The translations under genes were made by a program, and so were the position numbers. Positions 24,001 through 37,904 of a stretch of 64,000 nucleotides of DNA are shown here, piece after piece (position 1 is the first letter of the stretch; every line of letters begins with the position of its first letter). Source of the DNA: Mobula hypostoma (Eukaryota). The stretch spans positions 27,652,001 through 27,716,000 of the forward strand of contig NC_086124.1 of the NCBI RefSeq assembly GCF_963921235.1. The letters run 5' to 3'. The notes below the pieces were generated by a model that worked only from the letters and a program-made list of their open reading frames with translations, did not search any database and was not told the DNA's origin.

Positions 24001-27000
24001 CCCAAACTAATCCCACTGTCCCACTCTCTCTCCACAGCCCTGTGTCAGTCCCCAAACTAATCCCACTGTCCCACTCTCTCCCCACAGCCCTGTGTCAGTC
24101 CCCAAACTAATCCCACTGTCCCACTCTCTCTCCACAGCCCTGTGTCAGTCCCCAAACTAATCCCACTGTCCCACTCTCTCTCCACAGCCCTGTGTCAGTC
24201 CCCAAACTAATCCCACTGTCCCACTCCTCTCTCCCCACAGCCCTGTGTCAGTCCCCAAACTAATCCCACTGTCCCACTCTCTCTCCACAGCCCTGTGTGT
24301 CACTGTCCCCAAACTAATCCCACTGTCCCACTCTCTCCCCACAGCCCTGTGTCAGTCCCCAAACTAATCCCACTGTCCCACTCTCTCCCCACAGCCCTGT
24401 GTCAGTCCCCAAACTAATCCCACTGTCCCACTCTCTCTCCACAGCCCTGTGTCAGTCCCCAAACTAATCCCACTGTCCCACTCTCTCTCCACAGCCCTGT
24501 GTCAGTCCCCAAACTAATCCCACTGTCCCACTCTCTCTCCACAGCCCTGTGTCAGTCCCCAAACTAATCCCACTGTCCCACTCTCTCTCCACAGCCCTGT
24601 GTCAGTCCCCAAACTAATCCCACTGTCCCACTCTCTCCCCACAGCCCTGTGTCAGTCCCCAAACTAATCCCACTGTCCCACTCTCTCTCCACAGCCCTGT
24701 GTCAGTCCCCAAACTAATCCCACTGTCCCACTCTCTCTCCACAGCCCTGTGTCAGTCCCCAAACTAATCCCACTGTCCCACTCTCTCCCCACAGCCCTGT
24801 GTCAGTCCCCAAACTAATCCCACTGTCCCACTCTCTCTCCACAGCCCTGTGTCAGTCCCCAAACTAATCCCACTGTCCCACTCTCTCTCCACAGCCCTGT
24901 GTCAGTCCCCAAACTAATCCCACTGTCCCACTCTCTCTCCACAGCCCTGTGTCAGTCCCCAAACTAATCCCACTGTCCCACTCTCTCCCCACAGCCCTGT
25001 GTCAGTCCCCAAACTAATCCCACTGTCCCACTCTCTCTCCACAGCCCTGTGTCAGTCCCCAAACTAATCCCACTGTCCCACTCTCTCCCCACAGCCCTGT
25101 GTCAGTCCCCAAACTAATCCCACTGTCCCACTCTCTCTCCACAGCCCTGTGTCAGTCCCCAAACTAATCCCACTGTCCCACTCTCTCTCCACAGCCCTGT
25201 GTCAGTCCCCAAACTAATCCCACTGTCCCACTCTCTCTCCACAGCCCTGTGTCAGTCCCCAAACTAATCCCACTGTCCCACTCTCTCCCACAGCCCTGTG
25301 TCAGTCCCCAAACTAATCCCACTGTCCCACTCTCTCTCCACAGCCCTGTGTCAGTCCCCAAACTAATCCCACTGTCCCACTCTCTCCCCACAGCCCTGTG
25401 TCAGTCCCCAAACTAATCCCACTGTCCCACTCTCTCTCCACAGCCCTGTGTCAGTCCCCAAACTAATCCCACTGTCCCACTCTCTCTCCACAGCCCTGTG
25501 TCAGTCCCCAAACTAATCCCACTGTCCCACTCTCTCCCACAGCCCTGTGTCAGTCCCAACTAATCCCACTGTCCCACTCTCTCTCCACAGCCCTGTGTCA
25601 GTCCCCAAACTAATCCCACTGTCCCACTCTCTCTCCACAGCCCTGTGTCAGTCCCCAAACTAATCCCACTGTCCCACTCTCTCCCACAGCCCTGTGTCAG
25701 TCCCCAAACTAATCCCACTGTCCCACTCTCTCCCCACAGCCCTGTGTCAGTCCCCAAACTAATCCCACTGTCCCACTCTCTCCCCACAGCCCTGTGTCAG
25801 TCCCCAAACTAATCCCACTGTCCCACTCTCTCTCCACAGCCCTGTGTCAGTCCCCAAACTAATCCCACTGTCCCACTCTCCACAGCCCTGTGTCAGTCCC
25901 CAAACTAATCCCACTGTCCCACTCTCTCCCCACAGCCCTGTGTCAGTCCCCAAACTAATCCCACTGTCCCACTCTCTCCCCACAGCCCTGTGTCAGTCCC
26001 CAAACTAATCCCACTGTCCCACTCTCTCTCCACAGCCCTGTGTCAGTCCCCAAACTAATCCCACTGTCCCACTCTCTCTCCACAGCCCTGTGTCAGTCCC
26101 CAAACTAATCCCACTGTCCCACTCTCTCTCCACAGCCCTGTCAGTCCCCAAACTAACCACTGTCCCACTGCCACTCTCTCTCCACAGCCCTGTGTCAGTC
26201 CCCAAACTAATCTCACTGTCCCACTCTCTCTCCACAGCCCTGTGTCAGTCCCCAAACTAATCCCACTGTCCCACTCTCTCCCCACAGCCCTGTGTCAGTC
26301 CCCAAACTAATCCCACTGTCCCACTCTCTCTCCACAGCCCTGTGTCAGTCCCCAAACTAATCCCACTGTCCCACTCTCTCTCCACAGCCCTGTGTCAGTC
26401 CCCAAACTAATCCCACTGTCCCACTCTCTCCCCACAGCCCTGTGTCAGTCCCCAAACTAATCCCACTGTCCCACTCTCTCTCCACAGCCCTGTGTCAGTC
26501 CCCAAACTAATCCCACTGTCCCACTCTCTCCCCACAGCCCTGTGTCAGTCCCCAAACTAATCCCACTGCCCCACTCTCTCTCTCCACAGCCCTGTGTCAG
26601 TCCCCAAACTAATCCCACTGTCCCACTCTCTCTCCACAGCCCTGTGTCAGTCCCCAAACTAATCCCACTGCCCACTCTCCACAGCCCTTGTGTCCCAAAC
26701 TAATCCCACTCTCTCTCCCACAGCCCTGTGTCAGTCCCCAAACTAATCCCACTGTCCCACTCTCTCCCCACAGCCCTGTGTCAGTCCCCAAACTAATCCC
26801 ACTGTCCCACTCTCTCCCCACAGCCCTGTGTCAGTCCCCAAACTAATCCCACTGTCCCACTCTCTCCCCACAGCCCTGTGTCAGTCCCCAAACTAATCCC
26901 ACTGTCCCACTCTCTCCCCACAGCCCTGTGTCAGTCCCCAAACTAATCCCACTGTCCCACTCTCTCCCCACAGCCCTGTGTCAGTCCCCAAACTAATCCC

Positions 27001-30000
27001 ACTGTCCCACTCTCTCTCCACAGCCCTGTGTCAGTCCCCAAACTAATCCCACTGTCCCACTGTCCACTCTCTCCCCACAGCCCTGTGTCAGTCCCCAAAC
27101 TAATCCCACTGTCCCACTCTCTCCCCACAGCCCTGTGTCAGTCCCCAAACTAATCCCACTGTCCCACTCTCTCCCCACAGCCCTGTGTCAGTCCCCAAAC
27201 TAATCCCACTGTCCCACTCTCTCTCCACAGCCCTGTGTCAGTCCCCAAACTAATCCCACTGTCCCACTCTCTCTCCACAGCCCTGTGTCAGTCCCCAAAC
27301 TAATCCCACTGTCCCACTCTCTCTCCACAGCCCTGTGTCAGTCCCCAAACTAATCCCACTGTCCCACTCTCTCTCCACAGCCCTGTGTCAGTCCCCAAAC
27401 TAATCCCACTGTCCCACTCTCTCTCCACAGCCCTGTGTCAGTCCCCAAACTAATCCCACTGTCCCACTCTCTCCCCACAGCCCTGTGTCAGTCCCCAAAC
27501 TAATCCCACTGTCCCACTCTCTCTCCACAGCCCTGTGTCAGTCCCCAAACTAATCCCACTGTCCCACTCTCTCCCCACAGCCCTGTGTCAGTCCCCAAAC
27601 TAATCCCACTGTCCCACTCTCTCTCCACAGCCCTGTGTCAGTCCCCAAACTAATCCCACTGTCCCACTCTCTCCCCACAGCCCTGTGTCAGTCCCCAAAC
27701 TAATCCCACTGTCCCACTCTCTCCCCACAGCCCTGTGTCAGTCCCCAAACTAATCCCACTGTCCCACTCTCTCCCCACAGCCCTGTGTCAGTCCCCAAAC
27801 TAATCCCACTGTCCCACTCTCTCCCCACAGCCCTGTGTCAGTCCCCAAACTAATCCCACTGTCCCACTCTCTCTCCACAGCCCTGTGTCAGTCCCCAAAC
27901 TAATCCCACTGTCCCACTCTCTCCCACAGCCCTGTGTCAGTCCCCAAACTAATCCCACTGTCCCACTCTCTCCCCACAGCCCTGTGTCAGTCCCCAAACT
28001 AATCCCACTGTCCCACTCTCTCTCCACAGCCCTGTGTCAGTCCCCAAACTAATCCCACTGTCCCACTCTCTCTCCACAGCCCTGTGTCAGTCCCCAAACT
28101 AATCCCACTGTCCCACTCTCTCCCCACAGCCCTGTGTCAGTCCCCAAACTAATCCCACTGTCCCACTCTCTCTCCACAGCCCTGTGTCAGTCCCCAAACT
28201 AATCCCACTGTCCCACTCTCTCCCCACAGCCCTGTGTCAGTCCCCAAACTAATCCCACTGTCCCACTCTCTCCCCACAGCCCTGTGTCAGTCCCCAAACT
28301 AATCCCACTGTCCCACTCTCTCTCCACAGCCCTGTGTCAGTCCCCAAACTAATCCCACTGTCCCACTCTCTCCCCACAGCCCTGTGTCAGTCCCCAAACT
28401 AATCCCACTGTCCCACTCTCTCTCCACAGCCCTGTGTCAGTCCCCAAACTAATCCCACTGTCCCACTCTCTCTCCACAGCCCTGTGTCAGTCCCCAAACT
28501 AATCCCACTGTCCCACTCTCTCCCCACAGCCCTGTGTCAGTCCCCAAACTAATCCCACTGTCCCACTCTCTCCCCACAGCCCTGTGTCAGTCCCCAAACT
28601 AATCCCACTGTCCCACTCTCTCCCCACAGCCCTGTGTCAGTCCCCAAACTAATCCCACTGTCCCACTCTCTCTCCACAGCCCTGTGTCAGTCCCCAAACT
28701 AATCCCACTGTCCCACTCTCTCTCCACAGCCCTGTGTCAGTCCCCAAACTAATCCCACTGTCCCACTCTCTCCCCACAGCCCTGTGTCAGTCCCCAAACT
28801 AATCCCACTGTCCCACTCTCTCTCCACAGCCCTGTGTCAGTCCCCAAACTAATCCCACTGTCCCACTCTCTCCCCACAGCCCTGTGTCAGTCCCCAAACT
28901 AATCCCACTGTCCCACTCTCTCTCCACAGCCCTGTGTCAGTCCCCAAACTAATCCCACTGTCCCACTCTCTCCCCACAGCCCTGTGTCAGTCCCCAAACT
29001 AATCCCACTGTCCCACTCTCTCCCACAGCCCTGTGTCAGTCCCCAAACTAATCCCACTGTCCCACTCTCTCTCCACAGCCCTGTGTCAGTCCCCAAACTA
29101 ATCCCACTGTCCCACTCTCTCTCCACAGCCCTGTGTCAGTCCCCAAACTAATCCCACTGTCCCACTCTCTCTCCACAGCCCTGTGTCAGTCCCCAAACTA
29201 ATCCCACTGTCCCACTCTCTCTCCACAGCCCTGTGTCAGTCCCCAAACTAATCCCACTGTCCCACTCTCTCCCCACAGCCCTGTGTCAGTCCCCAAACTA
29301 ATCCCACTGTCCCACTCTCTCTCCACAGCCCTGTGTCAGTCCCCAAACTAATCCCACTGTCCCACTCTCTCTCCACAGCCCTGTGTCAGTCCCCAAACTA
29401 ATCCCACTGTCCCACTCTCTCCCCACAGCCCTGTGTCAGTCCCCAAACTAATCCCACTGTCCCACTCTCTCTCCACAGCCCTGTGTCAGTCCCCAAACTA
29501 ATCCCACTGTCCCACTCTCTCCCCACAGCCCTGTGTCAGTCCCCAAACTAATCCCACTGTCCCACTCTCTCCCCACAGCCCTGTGTCAGTCCCCAAACTA
29601 ATCCCACTGTCCCACTCTCTCTCCACAGCCCTGTGTCAGTCCCCAAACTAATCCCACTGTCCCACTCTCTCCCACAGCCCTGTGTCAGTCCCCAAACTAA
29701 TCCCACTGTCCCACTCTCTCCCCACAGCCCTGTGTCAGTCCCCAAACTAATCCCACTGTCCCACTCTCTCCCCACAGCCCTGTGTCAGTCCCCAAACTAA
29801 TCCCACTGTCCCACTCTCTCTCCACAGCCCTGTGTCAGTCCCCAAACTAATCCCACTGTCCCACTCTCTCCCCACAGCCCTGTGTCAGTCCCCAAACTAA
29901 TCCCACTGTCCCACTCTCTCTCCACAGCCCTGTGTCATCCCCAAACTAATCCCACTGTCCCACTCTCTCTCCACAGCCCTGTGTCAGTCCCCAAACTAAT

Positions 30001-30889
30001 CCCACTGTCCCACTCTCTCCCCACAGCCCTGTGTCAGTCCCCAAACTAATCCCACTGTCCCACTCTCTCCCCACAGCCCTGTGTCAGTCCCCAAACTAAT
30101 CCCACTGTCCCACTCTCTCCCCACAGCCCTGTGTCAGTCCCCAAACTAATCCCACTGTCCCACTCTCTCTCCACAGCCCTGTGTCAGTCCCCAAACTAAT
30201 CCCACTGTCCCACTCTCTCTCCACAGCCCTGTGTCAGTCCCCAAACTAATCCCACTGTCCCACTCTCTCTCCACAGCCCTGTGTCAGTCCCCAAACTAAT
30301 CCCACTGTCCCACTCTCTCTCCACAGCCCTGTGTCAGTCCCCAAACTAATCCCACTGTCCACTCTCTCCCCACAGCCCTGTGTCAGTCCCCAAACTAATC
30401 CCACTGTCCCACTCTCTCTCCACAGCCCTGTGTCAGTCCCCAAACTAATCCCACTGTCCCACTCTCTCTCCACAGCCCTGTGTCAGTCCCCAAACTAATC
30501 CCACTGTCCCACTCTCTCCCCACAGCCCTGTGTCAGTCCCCAAACTAATCCCACTGTCCCACTCTCTCTCCACAGCCCTGTGTCAGTCCCCAAACTAATC
30601 CCACTGTCCCACTCTCTCTCCACAGCCCTGTGTCAGTCCCCAAACTAATCCCACTGTCCCACTCTCTCTCCACAGCCCTGTGTCAATCCCCAAACTAATC
30701 CCACTGTCCCACTCTCTCCCCACAGCCCTGTGTCAGTCCCCAAACTAATCCCACTGTCCCACTCTCTCTCCACAGCCCTGTGTCAGTCCCCAAACTAATC
30801 CCACTGTCCCACTCTCTCCCCACAGCCCTGTGTCAGTCCCCAAACTAATCCCACTGTCCCACTCTCTCCCCACAGCCCTGTGTCAGTCC
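9040..30889. repeat. 50-bp tandem minisatellite/satellite array, about 21.8 kb (roughly 435-440 units)
   Basis: Unit ACAGCCCTGTGTCAGTCCCCAAACTAATCCCACTGTCCCACTCTCTC(C/T)CC is read directly; very homogeneous, C-rich on the + strand, no CpG in the unit. Confidence 0.98.
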
Positions 30890-31269
30890 AAGAATGTGCT
30901 TTTGGTGCCAACGTTGCATGCTCAGAACTTATTAACCCTAACCGGTACTTCTTTAGAGTGTGGAGGAAACCACAGCATCCTGCAGAAACCCACGTAGACA
31001 AGGGGAGAAATTAGACGGTGGCAGGAATTGAATTGTGATGGTGACCACTGGATCATAGAACACTACAGCACAGTACAGGCCCGGCGGCCCGTGATGTTGT
31101 GCCAAACTTTAACCTACTCTAAGATCAATCTTAACCCTTCCATTTTTTTTTCTATCACCCATGTGCCACTCTGAGTTTCTTATATGCCCCTAATGTACCT
31201 GCCTCTACCACCAACAAGGCAGAGTGTCCTACGCACTCTCCATTCCCTGTGTAAAGAACTTACCTCTGA

Positions 31270-31775
31270 CATCTCCCATTATAGGAAAGATGTCAACAAA
31301 ATAGAGAGAGTACAGAGAAGATTTACTAGAATGTTACCCGGGTTTCATCACCTAAGTTACAGAGAAAGGTTGAACATGTTGGGTCTTTACTCTTTGGAGT
31401 GTAGAAGGTTGAGGGGGGACTTGATAGAGGTATTTAAAATTATGAGGGGGATAGATAGAGTTGACGTGGATAGGCTTTTTCCATTGAGAGTAGGGGAGAT
31501 TCAAACAAGAGGACATGAGAGTTAAAGGGCAAAAGTTTAGGGGGAACTTCTTTACTCAGAGAGTGGTAGCTGTGTGGAACGAGCTTCCAGCAGAAGTGGT
31601 TGAGGCAGGTTTGATGTTGCCATTTAAAGTTAAATTGGACAGCTATATGGACAGGAAAGGAATGGAGGGTTATGGGCTGAGTGCAGGTCGGTGGGACTAG
31701 GTGAGAGTAAGCGTTCGCACGGACTAGAAGGGCCGAGATGGCCTGTTTCTGTGCTGTAATTGTTATATGGTTATA
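31270..31775 (+). mobile_element. CR1 3' fragment
   Basis: YRKDVNKIERVQRRFTRMLPG..QTRGH; nearly identical to the 3' end of the copy at 51121-52535. Confidence 0.9.
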
Positions 31776-32199
31776 TATCATATTTTTCTCCAATTACCTT
31801 AATTGACCTCTTGTATTAATCACTTCCAGCCCTGAAAAAAGTCTCACTCTCTTGATCTTGTACACCTCTGTCAAGTCACTTCCCATTCTGCTTTGCTCCA
31901 AAGAGAAAAGCCCTAACTCACTCAGCCTATCCTCAGAAGACCTGTGCTCTAATCCAGACAACGTCCTGGACAGCTCCCACATTATACCAGCGTTTTATGG
32001 AGCTGCAACAATCCCTTGCGGTTCTTGAACCCAATTGAATCATCTGCGTACGTGTTTGGAATGTGGCAGGAAGCTGGAGTTCCTGGGGGGGTCCTGCACG
32101 GTCATGGGGGGGGGGTAGTGGTGCGGGGTGGTGGGGGACTGATAGCCAGTGGTGGGAATTGAACCTCAATCGCCATCATTGGATCAATGTATCACCGTA

Positions 32200-32640
32200 T
32201 TCCTACTCACGGTGCCTTGACTGACAGAGAGCTGCGTTCCGAACACCTTTTTAGCCACACTGCGAGCGCTGCCACAAGAAAGCAGCATCCATCATCAAGG
32301 ACCCCCCACCACCCAGGTCAAGCTCTCATCTTGCTGCTACCATTGGGAAGGAGGTACAGGAGCCTCATGTCCCACTGCACTCGCTTCAGGAACAGATATT
32401 ACCCCTCAACCATCAGGCTCCCAAAGCAACGTGGATAACCTCACTCACCTCACTTCTACTGTCTAGGAAACCTCAACTCAAGTTCTCAGGATTATTTATT
32501 TACTTTTTTTTTGTATTTGCACAGTTTGCCTTTTGTACTTTGGTAGTTTGTCAGCCTTTGTGTGGTGTTTTTCATCAATTCTATTGTATTTCTTTGTTCA
32601 CAAGAAAATGAGTTTCCGGTAGGATATACAAATTTTTAAT
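32200..32640 (+). mobile_element. Rex1/Babar-like LINE 3' fragment
   Basis: HHPGQALILLLPLGRRYRSL..RFRNRYYPSTIRL. Confidence 0.65.
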
Positions 32641-33289
32641 AATAAATTTACTTTGAACTTTGAACTCTGTTGACCTGCCACACCACTGTCGATGAGCACC
32701 ACTTGTCCTCCGAGGTCCCTCTGCCCCCTGGGGCATTGCTGCAAAATGGAGCCACATCTGGATCACATCCTGATTTAGGATGGCTCCGTTTTGAGACTTG
32801 TGCCTTCCTTGTGGACTTCATCTGTTTATTTAGTTTGTTGGTTTTATTTAGATATACAGCATTGGACAGGTCCTTCCAGCCCCACGGGCCATGCTGGCCA
32901 GCAAACTAACCACTTCAACACTTGTTGCTTCTTGTCCGGTTGTTAAGTCGAGTCCGTCAATTCGTGACCTCATGGACCACGGGGTCCACAGGGTTTTCAT
33001 GGCAAGATACGGAAGTTGATCGCCAGGTCTTTCTTCCGCACAGATACTGCTGATGCCCAGGTTGGGACCTGGCTGGGTTTGAACTCAGGACCATCTGCCT
33101 TGAAGTCCAGTGCTGATGCCACAGCACCACCAGCCGGCCCATTTTAACACTAGCCTAACACAATTTACAATTCTGATGCCCCAAGCTATAACCGTGCTGT
33201 GCTAACCACTACACTACCATGGAAATCATGACTTGAGAGGCTAAAGTTTAGGTCATTGTTCCATTTGTTTAAGAAATTACAATATCTAT

Positions 33290-33665
33290 GTCAATTATAC
33301 GGGTGTCGGGGTGGAGATACCAAAGGAGGTTTAAGGTGCTCCTTCCCTCCACTAGTCTGCAGGTCACCCTTGGGCAAGGTGTAGCACCTGCTTAGCCCCA
33401 CCGATCAGGGTCACGTGAGGCCATGGGAGTAGGTGGTGGATAGTTGTATGAGCAGCTGGTGTATATCACAAATCCTGGTTATGCGACCACTGATGCCAGG
33501 CAGACAATCTCTGAAAAGTATTGGTAACGGCTGGGGGTCACCCGTCTTGTAAAGACTCTGCCCAGAAGAAGGCAATGGCAAACCACTTCTGTAGAAAAAT
33601 TTGCCAAGAACAATCATGGTCGTGGATAGACCGAGATCGCCCACCTTACATGACATGGCACATAA
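33290..33665. mobile_element. Dispersed SINE-like repeat (related copy in opposite orientation at about 3030-3370)
   Basis: Shared ccttgggcaaggtgtagc..cacaaatcctggttatg..gcaatggcaaaccacttctgtagaaaaatttgcc; family not assigned. Confidence 0.5.
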
Positions 33666-35319
33666 TGAACACACAATGATATAAGATGACAAGTTTATGC
33701 TCGGAAAGCTTTCATCCATTTACTTTTATTGATCTAATAAACTAATAGAAGTCATGGATCAATGTAGCACAGAAAAAGGCCCTTCAGCCCAACACCTCTG
33801 CACCAACCATGGTGACCACTAAATTAGTCCCACTTGTCTGTATTTGGTACGTGTCCCACAGAACCCTTCCTACCCATGCACTGAACCAGCTCTGTTTAAG
33901 GGACCCCCATCGCTCACAAAGAGACTGGTCCAAGAGTAGGAACATCAGCCTCACATTATTAGCCAACAGCTGTCATGGGTCAGTCAAAGAAAATTGTCTC
34001 AGTATCTTAACGAGGCACATTAATTAGTTTGGACAGAAACCAGAGTGTTCAGGAATTGGAGAGAGTGAATGGTAATCAGAACTTTTAGGGTTAAAGAGCT
34101 CCATTATTAACTCCCATTCTTCATAAGTTTTATTTAACTGTGTTAAACATCTAAACTCCTGATCAATATTTATAGGCAAACACAAATGGTCTAATTCTAA
34201 CAAGGTATGGCTCGAAATGGACCAGCAGCTTTCTCAGAAAAGACGTAATTTCACAGTGCAACGTTAGTGACTGATCACAATTGCAACAGGAAAGAACATC
34301 TCCGAATGTCGCAGAGGAACAATGAGGAAAAAAAACTTCCATTTAAATCAAATTAAAACAGGAAATCATTGGGGCTTTTATGAAAATAAAACTTGTTCAA
34401 CATTCCCAAGTTGTTGGAGTCCAGCTTTGCATTCTGTGAAGGAAGAGTGAGTGAGATTAAATACCGAGATTACCCTGATATAAAAAAACATGAAACATTT
34501 CACAAAGTTTTCAGTGGAAGTGATGCCAAATAAGAAATCTCCGGTGAAGGTGTCAATTAAAAGGTCACTGTCAAGGGAGGAGCTTTGTCTGAATTTCCTA
34601 GGAGATTCTGTTGTTTATCACAATACCGTGAGGTAGTTAATGAGTGACTCGATGAACAGGTTTGGTTTCAAGCTGATTTTCCATCTAAAAAATGGAAAGT
34701 CCCATCCTCATTCCAACGATCTGACTCACATTCCACCTGGCTGGACCACACTGGAAAAGTCTTGTCTCCATTCCAGCCATTTACTCCATATTTCAGAGTC
34801 CAGTTCCATCAGTCTAGATCAATTTTATTGGCTTCATCCACATTTCTTTCAATCGGTCTAGTCTACATACAGTCAGTTTGATCCAAATTCCATCAATCTA
34901 GTCCATATTCTGTAAGTCCGCATCCTAACAGTCTGGCCCACATAACATTGTAAGACATAGGAGAAAGATTATGTTATTCAGACCATCAAGTCTGCTCCAC
35001 CATTCCATCATGGCTGATTTATTATCCCTCTCAACTCCATTCTCCTGACTTCTCCACATAATCTTTTATGCCCTAATCAAGAACCCATCAACCTCCATTT
35101 TAAATATACCCCATAACCTGGCATCCACAACCGTCTGTGGCAATGAATTCCACAGACTTATTACCATCTGGCTAAAGAAATTTCTCCTCACCTCTGCTCA
35201 AAAGGGACATCCTTGTATTTGGAGGCTGTGTCCTCTGGTCCTGGACACCCCTACTATATGAAGCATTTGCTCCATGTTCACTCTAGGCCTTTCAATATTC
35301 AACATTCCATCAGACTGGT

Positions 35320-35650
35320 CTACGTTCCATCAATCAGTCTAGTCTACATTCCATCAGTCTAGACTACATATCATCAACCAAGTCCACATACCATCAGTCT
35401 GGCCTACATTCTATCGGTCTATGTTCCATCAGTCCAATCCATTTTCCATCAGTCAAGTCCACGTTCCAGTAGTCAAGTCCATGTTCCAGTAGTCAAGTCC
35501 ACCTTTCATCAGTCCAGTCCAAATACCATTCATCCAGTCCTCATTCCAAAACTCTAGTGAACACCTATCAGTCTGGTCCACATCCCATTAGACTAGTCTA
35601 CATTCCATCAGCCCATGTTCCATTGCATCAGTCCACCATCATCAATCCAA
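35320..35650. repeat. Degenerate short-period tandem repeat (ccatcagtctagtccaca-like)
   Basis: Recurrent ccatcagtc/agtccac motifs; more copies near 34790-34930. Confidence 0.5.
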
Positions 35651-35719
35651 CCTAGTTCACATTGTTCAGAAACCACAGCTTTACAAGTCAGATGTCCCTT
35701 TTTTTTTAAACCAACCATG

Positions 35720-36397
35720 TCACATCAGTAACATTTCACCTGTGAGGCTGTTGGGGTCATATACTGTGTTTGGTGCTCTCAGTGTAGCCTCTTGTATATT
35801 GGTGAGACCCAACGTAGATTGGGAGACTGTTTTGCCGAGCATCTACGCTCCATCTGCCAGAATAAGCAGGATCTCCCAGTGGCCACCCATTTTAATTCCA
35901 CTTCCCATTCCCAATATGTCCATCCATGGCCTCCTCCACTGTCGGGATAAGGCCACACTTAGGTTGGAGGAACACCACCTTATATTCTGTTTGGGTAGCC
36001 TCCAACCTGATGGCATGAACATTGATTTCTCAAACTTCCAGTAATACCTTCCCCCTCCACTTCACCATTTCCCATCCCTTGTCCCCCTCTCATATTATCT
36101 CCTGCCCGTCCATCGCCTCCCTCTGGTGCTCCTCCCCTGCCCCTTTCTTCTTTCTTCCATTGCCTTCTCTCCCTTTCACCAATCAACTTCCTCGCTCTGT
36201 TTCATCCATCGCCCCCCCCCTCCAAGTTTCAACTAGTGCCTGGCGTTTCTCTCTTGCCTACCCCACATTTCAAATCTACTCCTCAGCTTTTTCTCTCGTC
36301 CTGCCGAAGGGTTTCAGTCTGAAATGACGACTGTACTTTTTTTCCACAGATGCTGCCTGGCCTGCTGAGTTCCTCCAGCATTTTGTGTGTGTTGCTC
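35720..36397 (+). mobile_element. Penelope-like element 3' part (GIY-YIG endonuclease remnant)
   Basis: LYIGET-type remnant and HGLLHCRDKATLRLEEHHLIFCLGSLQPDGMNIDFSNF, followed by the family tail. Confidence 0.8.
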
Positions 36398-36499
36398 ACA
36401 CCAGTGATGTTGCTCTGGGACTTTCCAGACCTGAGAGTGAATTGATTGTGGTGATTTACTTCATGGAAAAGTTCCCAAGCCGACATTTACTGACACCTA

Positions 36500-37340
36500 C
36501 ACCTAATGGCCACTTCATTGATTACACCTGTACCCTGATCAATAAAGCAAATATCTAACCAGTCAATCACGTGCAGCAACTCAATGCATGAAAGCACGCA
36601 GACATGGTGAGGAGGTGAAGTTGTTGTTCAGACCAAACATCAGAATGGGGGAAGAAATGTGATTAAGGCGATTTTGACCGTGGAATGATTGTTGATGCCA
36701 GATGGGGTGGTATGAGTATCTCAGGAACTGCTGATCTCCTAGGATTTTCATGCACAACAGTCTCTGGAGCAGGAGTTACTAACCTTTTTATGCCATGGAC
36801 AAATATCATCTGCCAAAGGGTCCGAACACCCCAAGATGTGAGACTTACACACACCATATACCGGAGGAACTCAGCGGGTCAGTCAGTATCTGTGGAAATG
36901 AATGAGCACTTGCTGTTTTGGCCCAAGTCCCTTCTTCAGGACAGGAAAGGAAGGGGGGGAAGAAGGCAGAGAAAAAGGTGTGGGGGGAGGGGAAGGAGAA
37001 TCGCTAGAAGGTGATAACTGAAGCCAGGTGGGTGGGAAAGCTAAAGTGTCGGAGAGGAAGGAATCTCTAAAGTTTACAGGGATTGATGCGAAAATCAAAA
37101 ATACACTCAGAGATCAGCAGTCCTGTGGGTGAAAACACCTTGTTAGTGAGAGGGGTCAGAGGAGAATGGCCAGACTGATTCAAGCCGACAGTAACTCAAA
37201 TAACCACACATTACAACAGTGGTATACAGAAGAGCATCTCTGAATGTACAACACATTGAACCTTGAAGTGAATGGGCTACAGCAGCAGAAGATCACACTG
37301 GGTTCCGCTCCTGTACCTAATAAAATGGCCACTGAGCATA
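36500..37340 (+). mobile_element. Tc1-like non-autonomous DNA transposon with an internal Penelope-tail insertion
   Basis: Degenerate TIRs (..tggccactt..att / aataaaatggccactgag) and Tc1 N-terminal remnant; a related piece lies at 58740-58945. Confidence 0.55.
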
Positions 37341-37754
37341 TGTCCTGTCCTTTCACTACTGAAAAATTCGAGGGACATCTTTATTTAGTACAACCACCAG
37401 GGCAGAATATAATAGACAGAATATTTTTACCTTATGTGGAAGATTTAGTCAATCCATCAGCTGAAACAAAGAACATAAGATCGAAGTTAATCAAAGAGCC
37501 CCGGAATGTGAATTATTGGATCAGCTGGCAAAATATGAAAAAAAAAGCTTAATTTGGATAAGTCCGAGGTGTGGCATCTTGGAAAGTCTAATCAATGCAG
37601 GACTTTCACAGTGAACGAGTGTTGCAGATCGGAGGGAACTGGAAATTCAAGTACGTGGTTCCCTGAAAGTGGCATCGCAGGTAGACAGGACGGTGAAGAA
37701 TGGTTTTGGTACAGTGGCCAGGAATCCGAATCAGAATCTGGTCTTGTCGGTACT

Positions 37755-37904
37755 GAACCAACCGCTGCCGCTGGGCTATAAACGTGCAGGAGCAATGTGT
37801 GGTTAAGTGCCTTGCTCAAGGACACAACACACTGCCTCGGCTGAGGCTCGAACTCGCGACCTTCAGGTCACTAGTCCAACACCTTATCCACTTGGCCACG
37901 CGCC
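37755..37904 (-). mobile_element. tRNA-derived SINE fragment
   Basis: Same tRNA-like head as 38913-39220. Confidence 0.65.

Noticed and set aside
21640-27070. Clusters of irregular, shortened units (also near 15040 and 18600) as meaningful variants
   Set aside because: Sporadic non-recurring indels in homopolymer and dinucleotide runs look like long-read consensus noise; cannot be distinguished without reads.
9040-30889. Satellite as a CRISPR-like array
   Set aside because: Units abut with no unique spacers, no cas genes are present, and the context is eukaryotic.
9056-31001. Dozens of ORFs such as MGREWDSGISLGTDTG.. and MSVPKLIPL..
   Set aside because: They are translations of the 50-bp repeat, with starts created by single-base slips; no coding signal.
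34590-34640. Possible plus-strand micro-exon in unique AT-rich sequence
   Set aside because: Splice signals are weak and there are no partner exons or homology.
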